Shown: positions 44,803-55,423 of the stretch, in pieces
Position numbering within the stretch: position 1 is the first letter of the stretch
Layout: each line of letters begins with the position of its first letter
Virus record (IMG/VR): IMGVR_UViG_3300021431_000076
Coordinates: 192,001 to 256,000 of that record
DNA length: 64,000 nucleotides
Source of the DNA: a virus
Lineage: Duplodnaviria > Caudoviricetes
Strand: one strand, 5' to 3'
Position numbers and translations under genes: made by a program
Notes under the pieces: generated by a model
Told to the model about the DNA's origin: nothing
Database searches by the model: none
What the model saw: the letters and a program-made list of their open reading frames with translations, nothing else

Positions 44803-44892
44803 ATGTTTACTTGGTTTCTTAGTTGTTTCTGTGCAGCAATTGTTACTTGTGTAGTATTGCACATTCGTAATGATTTAGCGTTCAATTTCTAA
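44803..44892 (+). CDS. 29-aa hydrophobic peptide (missing from the ORF track)
   Basis: AGGAGG RBS; MFTWFLSCFCAAIVTCVVLHIRNDLAFNF. Confidence 0.6.
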   Translation: MFTWFLSCFCAAIVTCVVLHIRNDLAFNF

Positions 44893-44905
44893 GGAGGAGT
44901 TCAAA

Positions 44906-45058
44906 ATGTTTGGTTCGATTTTAGGTTTCTTTGCAAAAACTATTGTTCAGGCAGTTGTTACTGCTGCTGTTACTATTGCCGGTATGCTTGTGGTTGCTCA
45001 ACAGATGGTAAACAGAATTCAGGATAATTACTACACTGATTTTGAGCCGGTTTATTAA
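44906..45058 (+). CDS. 50-aa membrane peptide (missing from the ORF track)
   Basis: AGGAGG RBS; MFGSILGFFAKTIVQAVVTAAVTIAGMLVVAQQMVNRIQDNYYTDFEPVY. Confidence 0.7.
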   Translation: MFGSILGFFAKTIVQAVVTAAVTIAGMLVVAQQMVNRIQDNYYTDFEPVY

Positions 45059-45159
45059 GCATTATATGTTGTTTTAATTATCTAATATCGACCCACTTGG
45101 TAGGTGTGGTTAGATATTAAGACAGTTAGATATGCATTATTGTATCCAAAAAGGAGTGG

Positions 45160-45486
45160 TTGGATTTGATATCCAAAACCAAAGCCCTTGAACTATATGA
45201 TCAAGTGGCTAAAGATGAGTCTGATGTTAAGGAGGCGATAAATAGACTCAGAATTCATCCTAGATGTGTTTTATCTATAGAAACACTGGATATGATATGG
45301 GATGGATTGCTAATGGCTGCTAATGACTTTCATAGAGAAGTATTGGCAGATCCCTTGAGTGATGCTATGGTACCGAAGGCAGAGCTCGTACGTTATTATA
45401 AGAAAGTATTCTTTAATAACGTTGTGTTCCGAGAGGTTTACTGCAATTGCAGTTACCTACCAGATCTTTCGGAATACTCCCATTAG
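45160..45486 (+). CDS. hypothetical protein
   Basis: AAGGAG RBS before a TTG start. Confidence 0.55.
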   Translation: MDLISKTKALELYDQVAKDESDVKEAINRLRIHPRCVLSIETLDMIWDGLLMAANDFHREVLADPLSDAMVPKAELVRYYKKVFFNNVVFREVYCNCSYLPDLSEYSH

Positions 45487-45555
45487 AGAAAGTTCCTCAC
45501 AAAAGGTGCCCTTCGGGGCACTCTGGACTTTTTGTTTAAAAAAGAGGTTTTAAAT

Positions 45556-46356
45556 ATGAAAGCAGAACAAATGTATAGATGTCTCAATGCTCAAATCAAA
45601 ACACAGACTAGCTTTATAGCAATGGTCGGTTCTCACAATTATAATCTTGCTGATGCCAATTCAGATTATGATTTTAAGTTATTTATCTATCCTACATTTA
45701 TGGATTTATATAATGGAGCTAAAAAGAATGGATTTGATGTTAAGGTAAAAGAATGTGATCTTAAGACCACAGATATAAGAAAGCTCAAAGATTGTTTAGT
45801 AAAATCTAGTTTTAATTTTGCTGAAACTTTCTTCTCTGATGATATCTATATTCCTACCAATGAGGATGAAAATTTAGATAAAGCTAATAGAGAAATGGTT
45901 AATTTCTTTATTCGTAATAGAGAATCTATGGCTGCACTGAATATAAGATACCTTATCAAAACAAGTAAAGGTATGATTCAATCTAGAACTAATGCATTTA
46001 CTAACAATGGTAAGTATAAATCAGCAGCTGAAGCATATAAAACTGGAATTATGCTTGGAAGATATCTTACAAATCTTATGAAGCAAGAAGAAGATCCTTT
46101 CTTAAATGCTATAAAGTTTAGCAAGTCTGATGCTATGAGAGAACCATATTTTCAGATGAGACAGAAAGCTATTACTGATAGAAAGATACTTAGTTATATA
46201 GATTTGGCTAATAAAGATCTTGATAAGATAATAGAAGAAGGAAAATTTGAGGATAGAGAAAAAGATCATGTGATGACATATGCAATGGAAAAAGTTCTCC
46301 ATAAATCTTTGGCTAAACGTATTCAAGTGGAATTGAATAATAAGTATACCAAATAA
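45556..46356 (+). CDS. Pol-beta superfamily nucleotidyltransferase (RlaP-like)
   Basis: GSHNYNLADANSDYDFK matches the GS...DxD motif; GAGGT RBS favours ATG 45556. Confidence 0.75.
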   Translation: MKAEQMYRCLNAQIKTQTSFIAMVGSHNYNLADANSDYDFKLFIYPTFMDLYNGAKKNGFDVKVKECDLKTTDIRKLKDCLVKSSFNFAETFFSDDIYIPTNEDENLDKANREMVNFFIRNRESMAALNIRYLIKTSKGMIQSRTNAFTNNGKYKSAAEAYKTGIMLGRYLTNLMKQEEDPFLNAIKFSKSDAMREPYFQMRQKAITDRKILSYIDLANKDLDKIIEEGKFEDREKDHVMTYAMEKVLHKSLAKRIQVELNNKYTK

Positions 46357-46390
46357 ATATAAGAGTAGTCCAAATGGACTACTCTTTTTT

Positions 46391-46999
46391 TTAGTTCATA
46401 TTTGGTACTTTAGCACTATAGATTTGTTTATTATTATTAGCAACAAAGAGAGATACGAATTGATAGCACATTCTCCCTAAAATTATATCAGTTCTTCCTT
46501 GCCCATAATACATATCCAGTTTAGTTCTAAGAGAAGGAGACATGTTACTAGCAACAGACTCTAATAATGTATTTAACATTTCTTGTTCATCTTTAGTATT
46601 GATATATTCTTTATCCTGTAATCCTCTAAAGAATAATACATCTCTATCAAAACATTCAGATACATATGAAGTTAATAATACCTTTAAACTTTCTGGACCA
46701 TCATTTAGTCTATCTATATCTATAATAGCAAGTTTATCTTTTTCTCTCTGATATTCCATCTTACGATTAATAAGAATAAAGATATATAAAATAGACCCCC
46801 AAAAAGCATAAGTCCATAGTTCTCCAAGTAATCCCATGATAACTACAAAGATAAATATAGACTGACCCTTATTTTCTATTATATCTTTAATTACATCTTT
46901 TATTCCACTACCTAAAAAGTTCTTAACTGATATAAGATTCATCTTAGCACTATTCTTCCAATCAGTCATCTTATTTGCTACTTTTACTAATACATTCAT
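46391..46999 (-). CDS. membrane protein (two transmembrane helices)
   Basis: Hydrophobic SIFIFVVIMGLLG / AFWGSILYIFILI; coupled to the upstream gene. Confidence 0.65.
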   Translation of the reverse strand: MNVLVKVANKMTDWKNSAKMNLISVKNFLGSGIKDVIKDIIENKGQSIFIFVVIMGLLGELWTYAFWGSILYIFILINRKMEYQREKDKLAIIDIDRLNDGPESLKVLLTSYVSECFDRDVLFFRGLQDKEYINTKDEQEMLNTLLESVASNMSPSLRTKLDMYYGQGRTDIILGRMCYQFVSLFVANNNKQIYSAKVPNMN

Positions 47000-47685
47000 T
47001 GTACTTTAACCCCTTTCAAACCAGACCAATCTAACAATTCATTATTAAGTTGCAATAGTTTTTGATTTCTATCTTCATAGATTGGGAATTTGTCTTCTCT
47101 TGCTTTCTTAAGATACATCATAAGTTTAAACATGATATCTCTATTAAGCCCTAATTTATATCTTTCTATTAACTCCCACCACTTACCAAAGCACATATTA
47201 GGATGAATATATAAATAGTTGTTATGGTATTGCTGATGGCAAGTCTTACATAGCATAACAATTGGTATTCTATTCTGTGCATGTTCGCACTTAAGTATTT
47301 CAGCTAAGTCATATTCTGTAATAGCCCCTATAGTATTAAGAACATGCTCAGTTATCATAATGGCAATATCATATATATTAAGCATACAATGATGCATTTC
47401 TAAGATAGTGTCTTTATCATCTTCAGTATCTTGAATATATGGATGGAATTGACAACAGTTCATTCCTATAGAATATAAGTATGCTTTATAATGTGAATAT
47501 GTTCTACTATGTCTAAATAGACGTATAGCAGAGTCTAGGAATGCTTTATATTCTTCTAAATCATAAGTACCTTCTCTTGTAAGTGCAAATTGAATAGCAT
47601 AGTCAGCATTGGGAGATAGTATTTCTGGATTTCCAGTATCATTCTTTAATATAATATCAGGATAGTTTACATTAGTAAGATTCAT
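46996..47685 (-). CDS. HNH-like zinc-binding protein
   Basis: CCQFHP...LEMHH...VMLCKTCHQQYH; AAGGTGG RBS favours ATG 47685; TACA-N6-TA at 47712-47701. Confidence 0.55.
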   Translation of the reverse strand: MNLTNVNYPDIILKNDTGNPEILSPNADYAIQFALTREGTYDLEEYKAFLDSAIRLFRHSRTYSHYKAYLYSIGMNCCQFHPYIQDTEDDKDTILEMHHCMLNIYDIAIMITEHVLNTIGAITEYDLAEILKCEHAQNRIPIVMLCKTCHQQYHNNYLYIHPNMCFGKWWELIERYKLGLNRDIMFKLMMYLKKAREDKFPIYEDRNQKLLQLNNELLDWSGLKGVKVQ

Positions 47686-47732
47686 TGTTTTCACCACCTT
47701 TATATTTTTGTAAAACTAAGATATTTCAAATG

Positions 47733-47747
47733 TATATTATTGCCGTG
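47733..47747 (+). promoter_or_regulatory. early-type promoter
   Basis: tatattat-tgccgt-G. Confidence 0.7.
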
Positions 47748-47814
47748 ATAAAGACAAGATCTACATCCAGGAGATTAGGGTGTAGACATGTAGAATTGAA
47801 AGGAGTCCTTTATC

Positions 47815-48099
47815 ATGTTAGTTTACATCAAAGAAAACCAGCTCGGTCGTGCTAATTTCGTTAACGCTGAAATCGGGAAAGATTGGATAAGCGTCACGAT
47901 CAAAAATCCTGAGAATGGTGAAGTTATTGAGTTTTCTCATGAATTAGAACTTGAGAAGAAATTCAATAAAAAAGCATTGATGATCATTTTCGAACGCGTA
48001 AAAAATGTCGAAAATGATCATCGAAATATATTGGATGAGGAGTACGTCGAAGAGACAGCAAAACTCATCCAAAAGAAAGCCGACAACGAATGGTTCTGA
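47815..48099 (+). CDS. early hypothetical protein (single-gene cassette)
   Basis: GAAAGGAG RBS; own promoter and terminator. Confidence 0.7.
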   Translation: MLVYIKENQLGRANFVNAEIGKDWISVTIKNPENGEVIEFSHELELEKKFNKKALMIIFERVKNVENDHRNILDEEYVEETAKLIQKKADNEWF

Positions 48100-48163
48100 G
48101 AATAAAAGGGGGTAGCAAAAAGCACGGGAGTATGCATAGTGCTACTCCCCTTTTATTTTTTCC

Positions 48164-48227
48164 TAATTTAATGTCTTCAGCCTGAATCTGGATATCTGGA
48201 TATAATGATATGGAAAACATTTGGGTA
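48164..48227. promoter_or_regulatory. divergent late-type promoters
   Basis: Minus strand GACA-ttaaat-TA (48175-48164); plus strand AACA-tttggg-TAAG (48216-48227). Confidence 0.55.
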
Positions 48228-48255
48228 AGATATTAGGAAGGAAGGAGAGATATGT

Positions 48256-51200
48256 GTGAGTTTAAGGTTTAGTGATGAGCTATTAAACACAGAAAATCCT
48301 TTTATTGATCTATTAATGTACAACCTAAAAATACTAGCATTTAACTGTGTTATTAAGAATGAGTATGATGCAAATGAAGCTGAAACAGAAGAGTCTCTAA
48401 AGAACTCTTCTATATATATCGCTTGTTTAGAAAATAAAGCTCATATTGAGTTATTTGATGAAATTCCTGTTTCTTTTTTGCAACAAGTTGGAATGCCTCA
48501 ATCACAAATAGATCTGTATGTAAATAATGGATATGATAAATATTATATACCTAAAGATATAGTATGGGATTATAATACTAAAGATTATGTTCCTAGTGGA
48601 ACTACTTATGAAGCAGACTTAAAACCATTATTACAAAATTGGTTTATAGCTAAATATGAAAATAACCATTATGAAGGAGAATTAAATAACTATTATAGAA
48701 AGATATTAGGTATACCTCCAGTAGGAGACTGGGGAATACCTATGGTTGAGTATGAATATTTATTTCCTTCTTATTTTACATATACTGGAGATTTTTTACA
48801 TGAGATAGGTCCAGATGCCTGCAAAACTCTTGATAGATTAGGAATACTAGATATAATAAAAGCAGATTATCCAGATGCTGATTATCTAGACTATGTTACT
48901 TGTGGTATTACTGCATATGATGCTAGAAATAAAATGGATATGCAGATATTATGGCATCCTAGTGTAGAAGAATTATCATATGACAATGAAGAATTAAATG
49001 TTAATACATTTAAAGCTATGATTCAAGAATTTGAAGATAAATATATTCAAAATAGAGAATTTATGCAAACAGCAGTATATTCTCAAGCAATGGAGATAGC
49101 ATCTACAGAATATCATTCTTTTATGATTCTATATACACTAATGATTACTATGATGGATATTCTTACAGAGATTCAATCTCATATTATCAAAAAAGATATC
49201 TTAAATAGAAGATGTGTACAATATATTTTATCTATGTATGGTATTCCATTCTATAGAAAGATACCAGAAAAGTTTCAAGAAAGAATAGCAAAGAACTGTC
49301 ATACTCTTATAAAGTATAAAGCTTCTCCACAAGGAATGGAGAACATAAAAGATATTTTTGATGCTCAAGATATTCAATTATATAAATATTATATCTTAAA
49401 AGCTAGAAAATTTGATTCATATGGAAGCTTTGCTTTTTCCGAATCTGATAAATTAGTATGTGGATATAATGATATAATTCTTCATGAAACTCTTAAAGAA
49501 ACAGTTGGTAATCCACCTCCAGCTCAACCTGTTCCTACTAATCTAAATTATACAACAAAATACCTATATGAAGATAGTGTATTAAACATGCCGCTAGATG
49601 GAACATATACATCTGGTATAGATGATCAAGTATTGACTGCTAACGCTACTAGTGATGCTCTTATTGGTGGAACTTATGCTGGTCAAGCTGCTGCTAACTT
49701 TACTGCTTTGACAGCAACAGACTATGTTCAGAGATATATACGTTGGCCTTTTCAATATTTTTTACAGAAAGGAAATGTATTCTTTGTTAAAATAGGAGAT
49801 TATATATTAAAGGAAGGAACAGACTTTGTTGTATATAACTATAACAAGATAAGAATTAAGAAGTCATTAATGACAAATCCAAATGCTGTTATTACATATG
49901 AATTCTATTATGATAAAGATACAATAAATGAGCCTTTTGATATTACACTAGATTATTCTTTGGTTACAAAAACCAAGAAAATTATAGGTACAACTTCTAA
50001 AACATATAGTCTAAAACCGTTACCATTTCCTACTTATCTTACTGAAGGAAATCAGGTTATTATATCTATTGGTTCTGTATGGTTAGCTGAGAATATGTAT
50101 ACTATAGATGTGAATAACCAAACTGTTACTATAACAGATAATTCTCTAGATCTAAATGGTAGAGAGATATATGCTATTCTTATATATTCTAAATTGATGC
50201 GATCAAAGTATGAGAAACATTATGTAGCAGTAACTTCTAACAACCAAAAGAAGTTCTATATACCAGAACCATATCAAAATTACGTAATAAATGAAAACTC
50301 ATTTTATGTAACTGCTGGTGATACATATATAGCACCAGAAAGATATAATATTGTTCCTTCTACAACTCAAGGTCAATCATATATAGAATTTAATGATAAT
50401 AGTAAATTTATTACAAGAAGAGGATTGTTATTCAACTTCATTTATAATCAAAATGCTATATTAAATAAGATAGATCTTAAAAGAAAATCTATCATAGTTA
50501 CAGTACAAGAACACTATCAATCTGAATTTGATATTACTTGGCCTACTAAAAATTATATAACTTCTGGTTATTTAGTATTTGTTAAATTATTTGGATGGTA
50601 TCTACCAAAAGAATCTTTCAGTTGTACTAATAAGAAACTATTATTACTAGATGAATCTTTGGCATTACCTGCTGGAACTCAAATAGAATTGGTGTGCTTC
50701 TATTGTAATAAAGATAGAACAACTGATGCTCATGATAACATTCGTATAGATAAAGATTATAGAATAGCAACTTCAGATAGACAAAAAACATTTAACTTCA
50801 AAGTTCCAGTAAAGCATTATGATACCAAATTTAATAAGATTATAGTAGATATAAATGGCAATGTATTGGAGTCAAATCAATATACAATAGATCTTAATCA
50901 TGTTAATACTGGTGCTGTTTTAAATATCACTTACTATTACCAAAGACCAATGAAAGACCAAAGGGTTAATCTTACCTTTGTATATAACCAAGATGCTGAA
51001 TATATACCTGTGATTAAACAACAGCATATTCCTATTACATCTACTAATCATAATACATTTGATTTAGATTTCCCATTCTTCCCATATTTACAATCAAATC
51101 ATGACTTCTTAGTATCTGTTGGTTCTACATTGATAAATAAGTCTAGAATACACATGAAAGATCAATTTACTTTCGAAGTAGAAGGATTGAATACTAAAGT

Positions 51201-52770
51201 AGGAAGATGTCTTACTATTTTATATATCTACTGTAGTTGGTATAAAGATAATCCTAAACAAGGATTAATAGTAGAATGGAAAGATGTTCCTAGAAGTAAA
51301 GCTATAGATCAAGGTATAAATATGCCTACCCCATTCAAAGAATACGTTCAGCACGGATGGGATTATTTTGTATCTTATAATAATCGTATTGAACTAGCAG
51401 AATCTAAATATGATGTGTTTGATGAGACTTTCTATACATATCCATCTTCCGATTTAGAAAAAGGTAAATATGGAAACACGATAACATTTACTTTCATATA
51501 CTTAATAAAACCACCATGGGTTCGTGCTATAACAGAAGAAGATTATGACCAAGATCAAGACCTCTATTTCTGTAGAATGCCAGTATTAGATTTATATTCA
51601 TCTAAATATTTGAGAGATGAATCTAAATGGTTAGGATATGATCCTGTTACTTTAGAAGATGGATGGTGGGATGGTTATCAATATAAGAAAGATTCCCATA
51701 AATTGATTAAAGAAAAGATTTATGATGAAAAATGGAACTATGCTAGATCTAAATACTATTCCATTTATCATGAATATGATGTATCTACATATGCAGCTTA
51801 TATGGGTTATTTCTATTCTATGCTATACGATTCTGTATTTTTAGAAAAAGAAATAAACTTAGAAATACCTTCTCTTGGTCCTGATCGCAAATTTAATATA
51901 GCACATCTATTTATTTTTATGAATATATTAACCAATATCTATTATGGTCTTGATGATTTTACTATAGATTATGCAACTAATCAGAAAAAAGTAGTAGGAT
52001 TTAATTTCAAAACAAATCTAAATACTCTAAAACTATGGATGAAAGAAAGACATTTTGATCCTAAACTATATAATATATGGGATTTCATTATTCCAACTTC
52101 TCAAATCATGTCTATGAGTAATTTCGCTAATATCTATATGAATAATATGAAAGTATATGAAAGAGTAATAGATAATATGGTCAAAGCAGAAACATTTAAA
52201 GACTATCAAATATGGAGACATATCAAAGAAACTTTATTTGAATGGGATTTTGATTTCTCTTACTTTAAAAAGAATAATGGTGTGAAAGCTACAACATATT
52301 CTGAATTTCTTAGAGATAAAGACTATCCTTTATATTTAGTGGCAGATAGTATTAAGAAAATTAAAAATGAAGAGACTAGAATAGATATGATAGTGTCTTA
52401 TATTGATGATATTTGTTACATCTTAGAAGGATATCTTGATAAAGAGATAGTAAGAATATTAGCAAGTAGATTCCCTGGTAGATCTTCTCTTCATATTTTA
52501 AAGTATATGAAATATATTTTAGAATTCTTCAAATCTTATAAAATAATCTTTAGATCTAATGGAGAGCATATGATATTTGGTGCTAATGGAAAAGAAACTG
52601 AAGATACTGTAATAAGATTTAATGATATTATGCATTCAGTAGAAAGATTCCAAAGAGATGAATATTATACAATGGTAGAGAATCCTACTACACTAGAACA
52701 TAAAGAAATTCATGATTATGGACCATGGTTAAAGGAAGATGTTGATATAAAGGAGATACATGTACAATGA
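48256..52770 (+). CDS. large baseplate/tail structural protein with internal beta-rich repeats
   Basis: Late promoter; repeated PFxxY..G..[VI]x[VI]G..[LI]...Y units; LIKYKAS motif typical of wedge proteins. Confidence 0.55.
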   Translation: MSLRFSDELLNTENPFIDLLMYNLKILAFNCVIKNEYDANEAETEESLKNSSIYIACLENKAHIELFDEIPVSFLQQVGMPQSQIDLYVNNGYDKYYIPKDIVWDYNTKDYVPSGTTYEADLKPLLQNWFIAKYENNHYEGELNNYYRKILGIPPVGDWGIPMVEYEYLFPSYFTYTGDFLHEIGPDACKTLDRLGILDIIKADYPDADYLDYVTCGITAYDARNKMDMQILWHPSVEELSYDNEELNVNTFKAMIQEFEDKYIQNREFMQTAVYSQAMEIASTEYHSFMILYTLMITMMDILTEIQSHIIKKDILNRRCVQYILSMYGIPFYRKIPEKFQERIAKNCHTLIKYKASPQGMENIKDIFDAQDIQLYKYYILKARKFDSYGSFAFSESDKLVCGYNDIILHETLKETVGNPPPAQPVPTNLNYTTKYLYEDSVLNMPLDGTYTSGIDDQVLTANATSDALIGGTYAGQAAANFTALTATDYVQRYIRWPFQYFLQKGNVFFVKIGDYILKEGTDFVVYNYNKIRIKKSLMTNPNAVITYEFYYDKDTINEPFDITLDYSLVTKTKKIIGTTSKTYSLKPLPFPTYLTEGNQVIISIGSVWLAENMYTIDVNNQTVTITDNSLDLNGREIYAILIYSKLMRSKYEKHYVAVTSNNQKKFYIPEPYQNYVINENSFYVTAGDTYIAPERYNIVPSTTQGQSYIEFNDNSKFITRRGLLFNFIYNQNAILNKIDLKRKSIIVTVQEHYQSEFDITWPTKNYITSGYLVFVKLFGWYLPKESFSCTNKKLLLLDESLALPAGTQIELVCFYCNKDRTTDAHDNIRIDKDYRIATSDRQKTFNFKVPVKHYDTKFNKIIVDINGNVLESNQYTIDLNHVNTGAVLNITYYYQRPMKDQRVNLTFVYNQDAEYIPVIKQQHIPITSTNHNTFDLDFPFFPYLQSNHDFLVSVGSTLINKSRIHMKDQFTFEVEGLNTKVGRCLTILYIYCSWYKDNPKQGLIVEWKDVPRSKAIDQGINMPTPFKEYVQHGWDYFVSYNNRIELAESKYDVFDETFYTYPSSDLEKGKYGNTITFTFIYLIKPPWVRAITEEDYDQDQDLYFCRMPVLDLYSSKYLRDESKWLGYDPVTLEDGWWDGYQYKKDSHKLIKEKIYDEKWNYARSKYYSIYHEYDVSTYAAYMGYFYSMLYDSVFLEKEINLEIPSLGPDRKFNIAHLFIFMNILTNIYYGLDDFTIDYATNQKKVVGFNFKTNLNTLKLWMKERHFDPKLYNIWDFIIPTSQIMSMSNFANIYMNNMKVYERVIDNMVKAETFKDYQIWRHIKETLFEWDFDFSYFKKNNGVKATTYSEFLRDKDYPLYLVADSIKKIKNEETRIDMIVSYIDDICYILEGYLDKEIVRILASRFPGRSSLHILKYMKYILEFFKSYKIIFRSNGEHMIFGANGKETEDTVIRFNDIMHSVERFQRDEYYTMVENPTTLEHKEIHDYGPWLKEDVDIKEIHVQ

Positions 52771-53612
52771 TTACAGATGATAAAATACATTTAGGAGAAG
52801 ATGTAGTGCTTGATAGTGCTGCAGAATATGTGTCTATTCAAGATGGTCATCCAAATGGTTTAGATACTTTGGTTACTATTCAAGATAAAAGAACTGGTGA
52901 GATAGTATTCAAAGGAAAAAATCGTACTATGATTTCTGGGTCTGAATTTATGGCTTATCATACATTTAGACTCAATGGCTTTGCATTTACTACCCCAACA
53001 TATAATACTCAATTAGGATTAGATCATACAGTATCTGGAACACAGAATAGTTTAGGAGCTAACTATGTCACACAAGTATTTTGTGTTGGCACTTCTGGTT
53101 GTAATAGAGAATCTGCTATATGGTATCCTGTATCTAATAAAAAATGGATAGCTCCAACAGAATTAGTACCATTCAGATATGTTCCATTTAATAATGATTT
53201 GACCAATCTTCAAAGAGAAATATACTTTGGCAGAAAAACTATATCCAATGTACAGCATTATGCATATTATTTTAAGAAGTTTGATTCTAATCCAGTATAT
53301 AAGAAACAATACGAAGATGGAACTCCATGGAATGCTGGTATTTTTACAGATAATTCTTCTGCTAATGCTCAGATGAGTGTTACTACTACAATGACTATTA
53401 CTAAAGATGATTGCAGAGATTACTTTATTGAAACTACTGGTATTAATGATGGCAGATTCAATTGCTTATCATTATGCTTATCATGGACTGATGTATTCAA
53501 TGGATTTACATACTATCAAGATATCAGACCTCTAACCAGAATCAATTTCCCAAATAAATTCTTAAATGATCTTACTTGTGAATGGTTAGTAACTTATCAT
53601 ATTTATTTCTAA
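52767..53612 (+). CDS. baseplate/tail-fibre-associated structural protein
   Basis: Coupled to 48256; IVFKGKNRTM...FCVGTSG...VTYHIYF pattern of tail-collar/baseplate proteins. Confidence 0.5.
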   Translation: MITDDKIHLGEDVVLDSAAEYVSIQDGHPNGLDTLVTIQDKRTGEIVFKGKNRTMISGSEFMAYHTFRLNGFAFTTPTYNTQLGLDHTVSGTQNSLGANYVTQVFCVGTSGCNRESAIWYPVSNKKWIAPTELVPFRYVPFNNDLTNLQREIYFGRKTISNVQHYAYYFKKFDSNPVYKKQYEDGTPWNAGIFTDNSSANAQMSVTTTMTITKDDCRDYFIETTGINDGRFNCLSLCLSWTDVFNGFTYYQDIRPLTRINFPNKFLNDLTCEWLVTYHIYF

Positions 53613-53619
53613 TTTAATT

Positions 53620-53650
53620 TATCCCTAGGGTTTAAAACCCTAGGGATAAT
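53620..53650. terminator. bidirectional terminator
   Basis: tatccctaggg-tttaaa-accctagggata between convergent genes. Confidence 0.75.
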
Positions 53651-53651
53651 A

Positions 53652-54896
53652 TTATAATCCAAATATCTTTTTATAACCAAAATCGCCCATATCAGATACC
53701 TTAGTAGTTGAATCATGGAAATTTTTCATTGCTAAATTTTTGAGATCACTCATAAGCTTGTATGATACTACACCTACATTCTTTAGTTTTAGTTTTCTGA
53801 ATAGGGAGCCAGCACATGCTTCACATACACCATGATCACATTCACAAAATCCAGTAAATCTAAATTGGATAGTTTTTCCAATATATTTATTTGAATTAGA
53901 TGGGTTTAATTCTACTAATTTTCCACCTATAACCATATTAGAATACATCCAGAGATCTAGATTATCATTTGTGAGTTCTACAGTTTTATATCTCTTAGTA
54001 CCACAATCTTCATCAAATTGCACAGAGATATGTTCTAATCCTTTAACGAATAGCTTCTCCCAGTAACCACCAACCATTGTCTTATTAGCACGAGAAAATG
54101 GTCCAAGTGTTAATGACTCACAGAAATCAGCATATTCTTCTTTAGACATTCCATCCATATAATTACTAGTAATCATAGAGTATTGGCCTCTAGATTGATC
54201 TGCTAGTTTAGATACACCTTTCATAATAAACATATTCTTTAGGTTATTACCTTTATCTGCACCAACAGAAGAATCTAGTATATCTGCAGATGGATCTTCT
54301 TTAAGTTTTTCATCTACTTCTTTTATCAGATCTTTTTCTATTTTTTGAATAATTACTGGGTCAGGTTCACTATCCGTATTGACCTGACTCTTTTTTATTA
54401 ATTCTTCTTTCTTCTTTTTTATCTCTGCTGACATGCCTAATAGTCCTTCAGAAAGAGAAGGAGATAAAATATTGCAATATGGTTGGAATTTTTGTGATTT
54501 TAGTGTATACTTCTTAAGCTCTTCTATATCTAATCTATCTTCCATTACTGCATAAGATATTTGCTTATTGAGTTTCTTGAATAACTTTTTATTTATAGTA
54601 TCATTCACATATCCAGTTATAGGAAATACTCCGCATTCTGTAAATGCTTTATTAAATACCCATAGTCCTACAGTAGTCATGAATCCTTTCTTATTCTTAT
54701 GACCTTCTAAACCAAATGTATCAGGAGGTACAGATATAATGTCATATGGATTAAATCTTCTCTTATCTCCAAACTTACCAAAACATTCCATCATAGTAGA
54801 CGTTCTACATGCTAAATCTTCATTAAGAGAAAAAAGATAGTCTAAGTCTTTTGGATTGCTAACAAATTTAGCTTGACGCTTAGGTTGTTTTATCAT
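53652..54896 (-). CDS. RNA polymerase beta-prime-like subunit, middle/C-terminal fragment (probably virion RNAP)
   Basis: SNYMDGMS, RANKTMVGGYWEK (bridge-helix-like), EDCGT, CECDHGVCEACAG Zn site, MKNFH; late-type promoter AACA-atcata-TA at 54945-54934. Confidence 0.8.
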   Translation of the reverse strand: MIKQPKRQAKFVSNPKDLDYLFSLNEDLACRTSTMMECFGKFGDKRRFNPYDIISVPPDTFGLEGHKNKKGFMTTVGLWVFNKAFTECGVFPITGYVNDTINKKLFKKLNKQISYAVMEDRLDIEELKKYTLKSQKFQPYCNILSPSLSEGLLGMSAEIKKKKEELIKKSQVNTDSEPDPVIIQKIEKDLIKEVDEKLKEDPSADILDSSVGADKGNNLKNMFIMKGVSKLADQSRGQYSMITSNYMDGMSKEEYADFCESLTLGPFSRANKTMVGGYWEKLFVKGLEHISVQFDEDCGTKRYKTVELTNDNLDLWMYSNMVIGGKLVELNPSNSNKYIGKTIQFRFTGFCECDHGVCEACAGSLFRKLKLKNVGVVSYKLMSDLKNLAMKNFHDSTTKVSDMGDFGYKKIFGL

Positions 54897-55144
54897 GTTT
54901 CATTCTCCTTCTATATAATATAGAAACTTGTCTTATATGATTGTTTTTGGCATAAAACCACCCTGGAGTCGATAGACTCCAGGGTTAGAATTATTCTAGA
55001 AGGAGAGAAAATGAATCATTTTAAAATGTATTAATATCAATATTATGCTAAAAATAGCAGTGGGATAACCACTTCTATTTCATTACTTTATGTTAGCCTA
55101 TTACATTATTAAAAACATTTATATATTAAACAAAATTTCAGTTA

Positions 55145-55159
55145 TATACTATTTAAGTG
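55145..55159 (+). promoter_or_regulatory. early-type promoter
   Basis: tatactat-ttaagt-G. Confidence 0.7.
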
Positions 55160-55174
55160 AAGGGGGAATGAAAA

Positions 55175-55423
55175 GTGAATAATAATTTAAAAATTTCATT
55201 CAAAGGAAAATCTGGTCAAGAAAATTGGGTAGAGGCTCGTATAACAAACGAACACAATACCACTCGTGTATGGAGGCATAATTTAGAAAGAGGCTCATCT
55301 GCATTAGCTAAACAGATGAATAGAAGAGTGTTTGGTCAAATGCAGGAAGCCATTGAAACCATAAAGTTAGAATTCGAAAATGGTTCATGGGATGATCCTA
55401 GATTTTATAATCAAGTAGTGTAG
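55175..55423 (+). CDS. small early hypothetical protein
   Basis: AGGGGG RBS, GTG start, terminator at about 55445-55475. Confidence 0.6.
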   Translation: MNNNLKISFKGKSGQENWVEARITNEHNTTRVWRHNLERGSSALAKQMNRRVFGQMQEAIETIKLEFENGSWDDPRFYNQVV

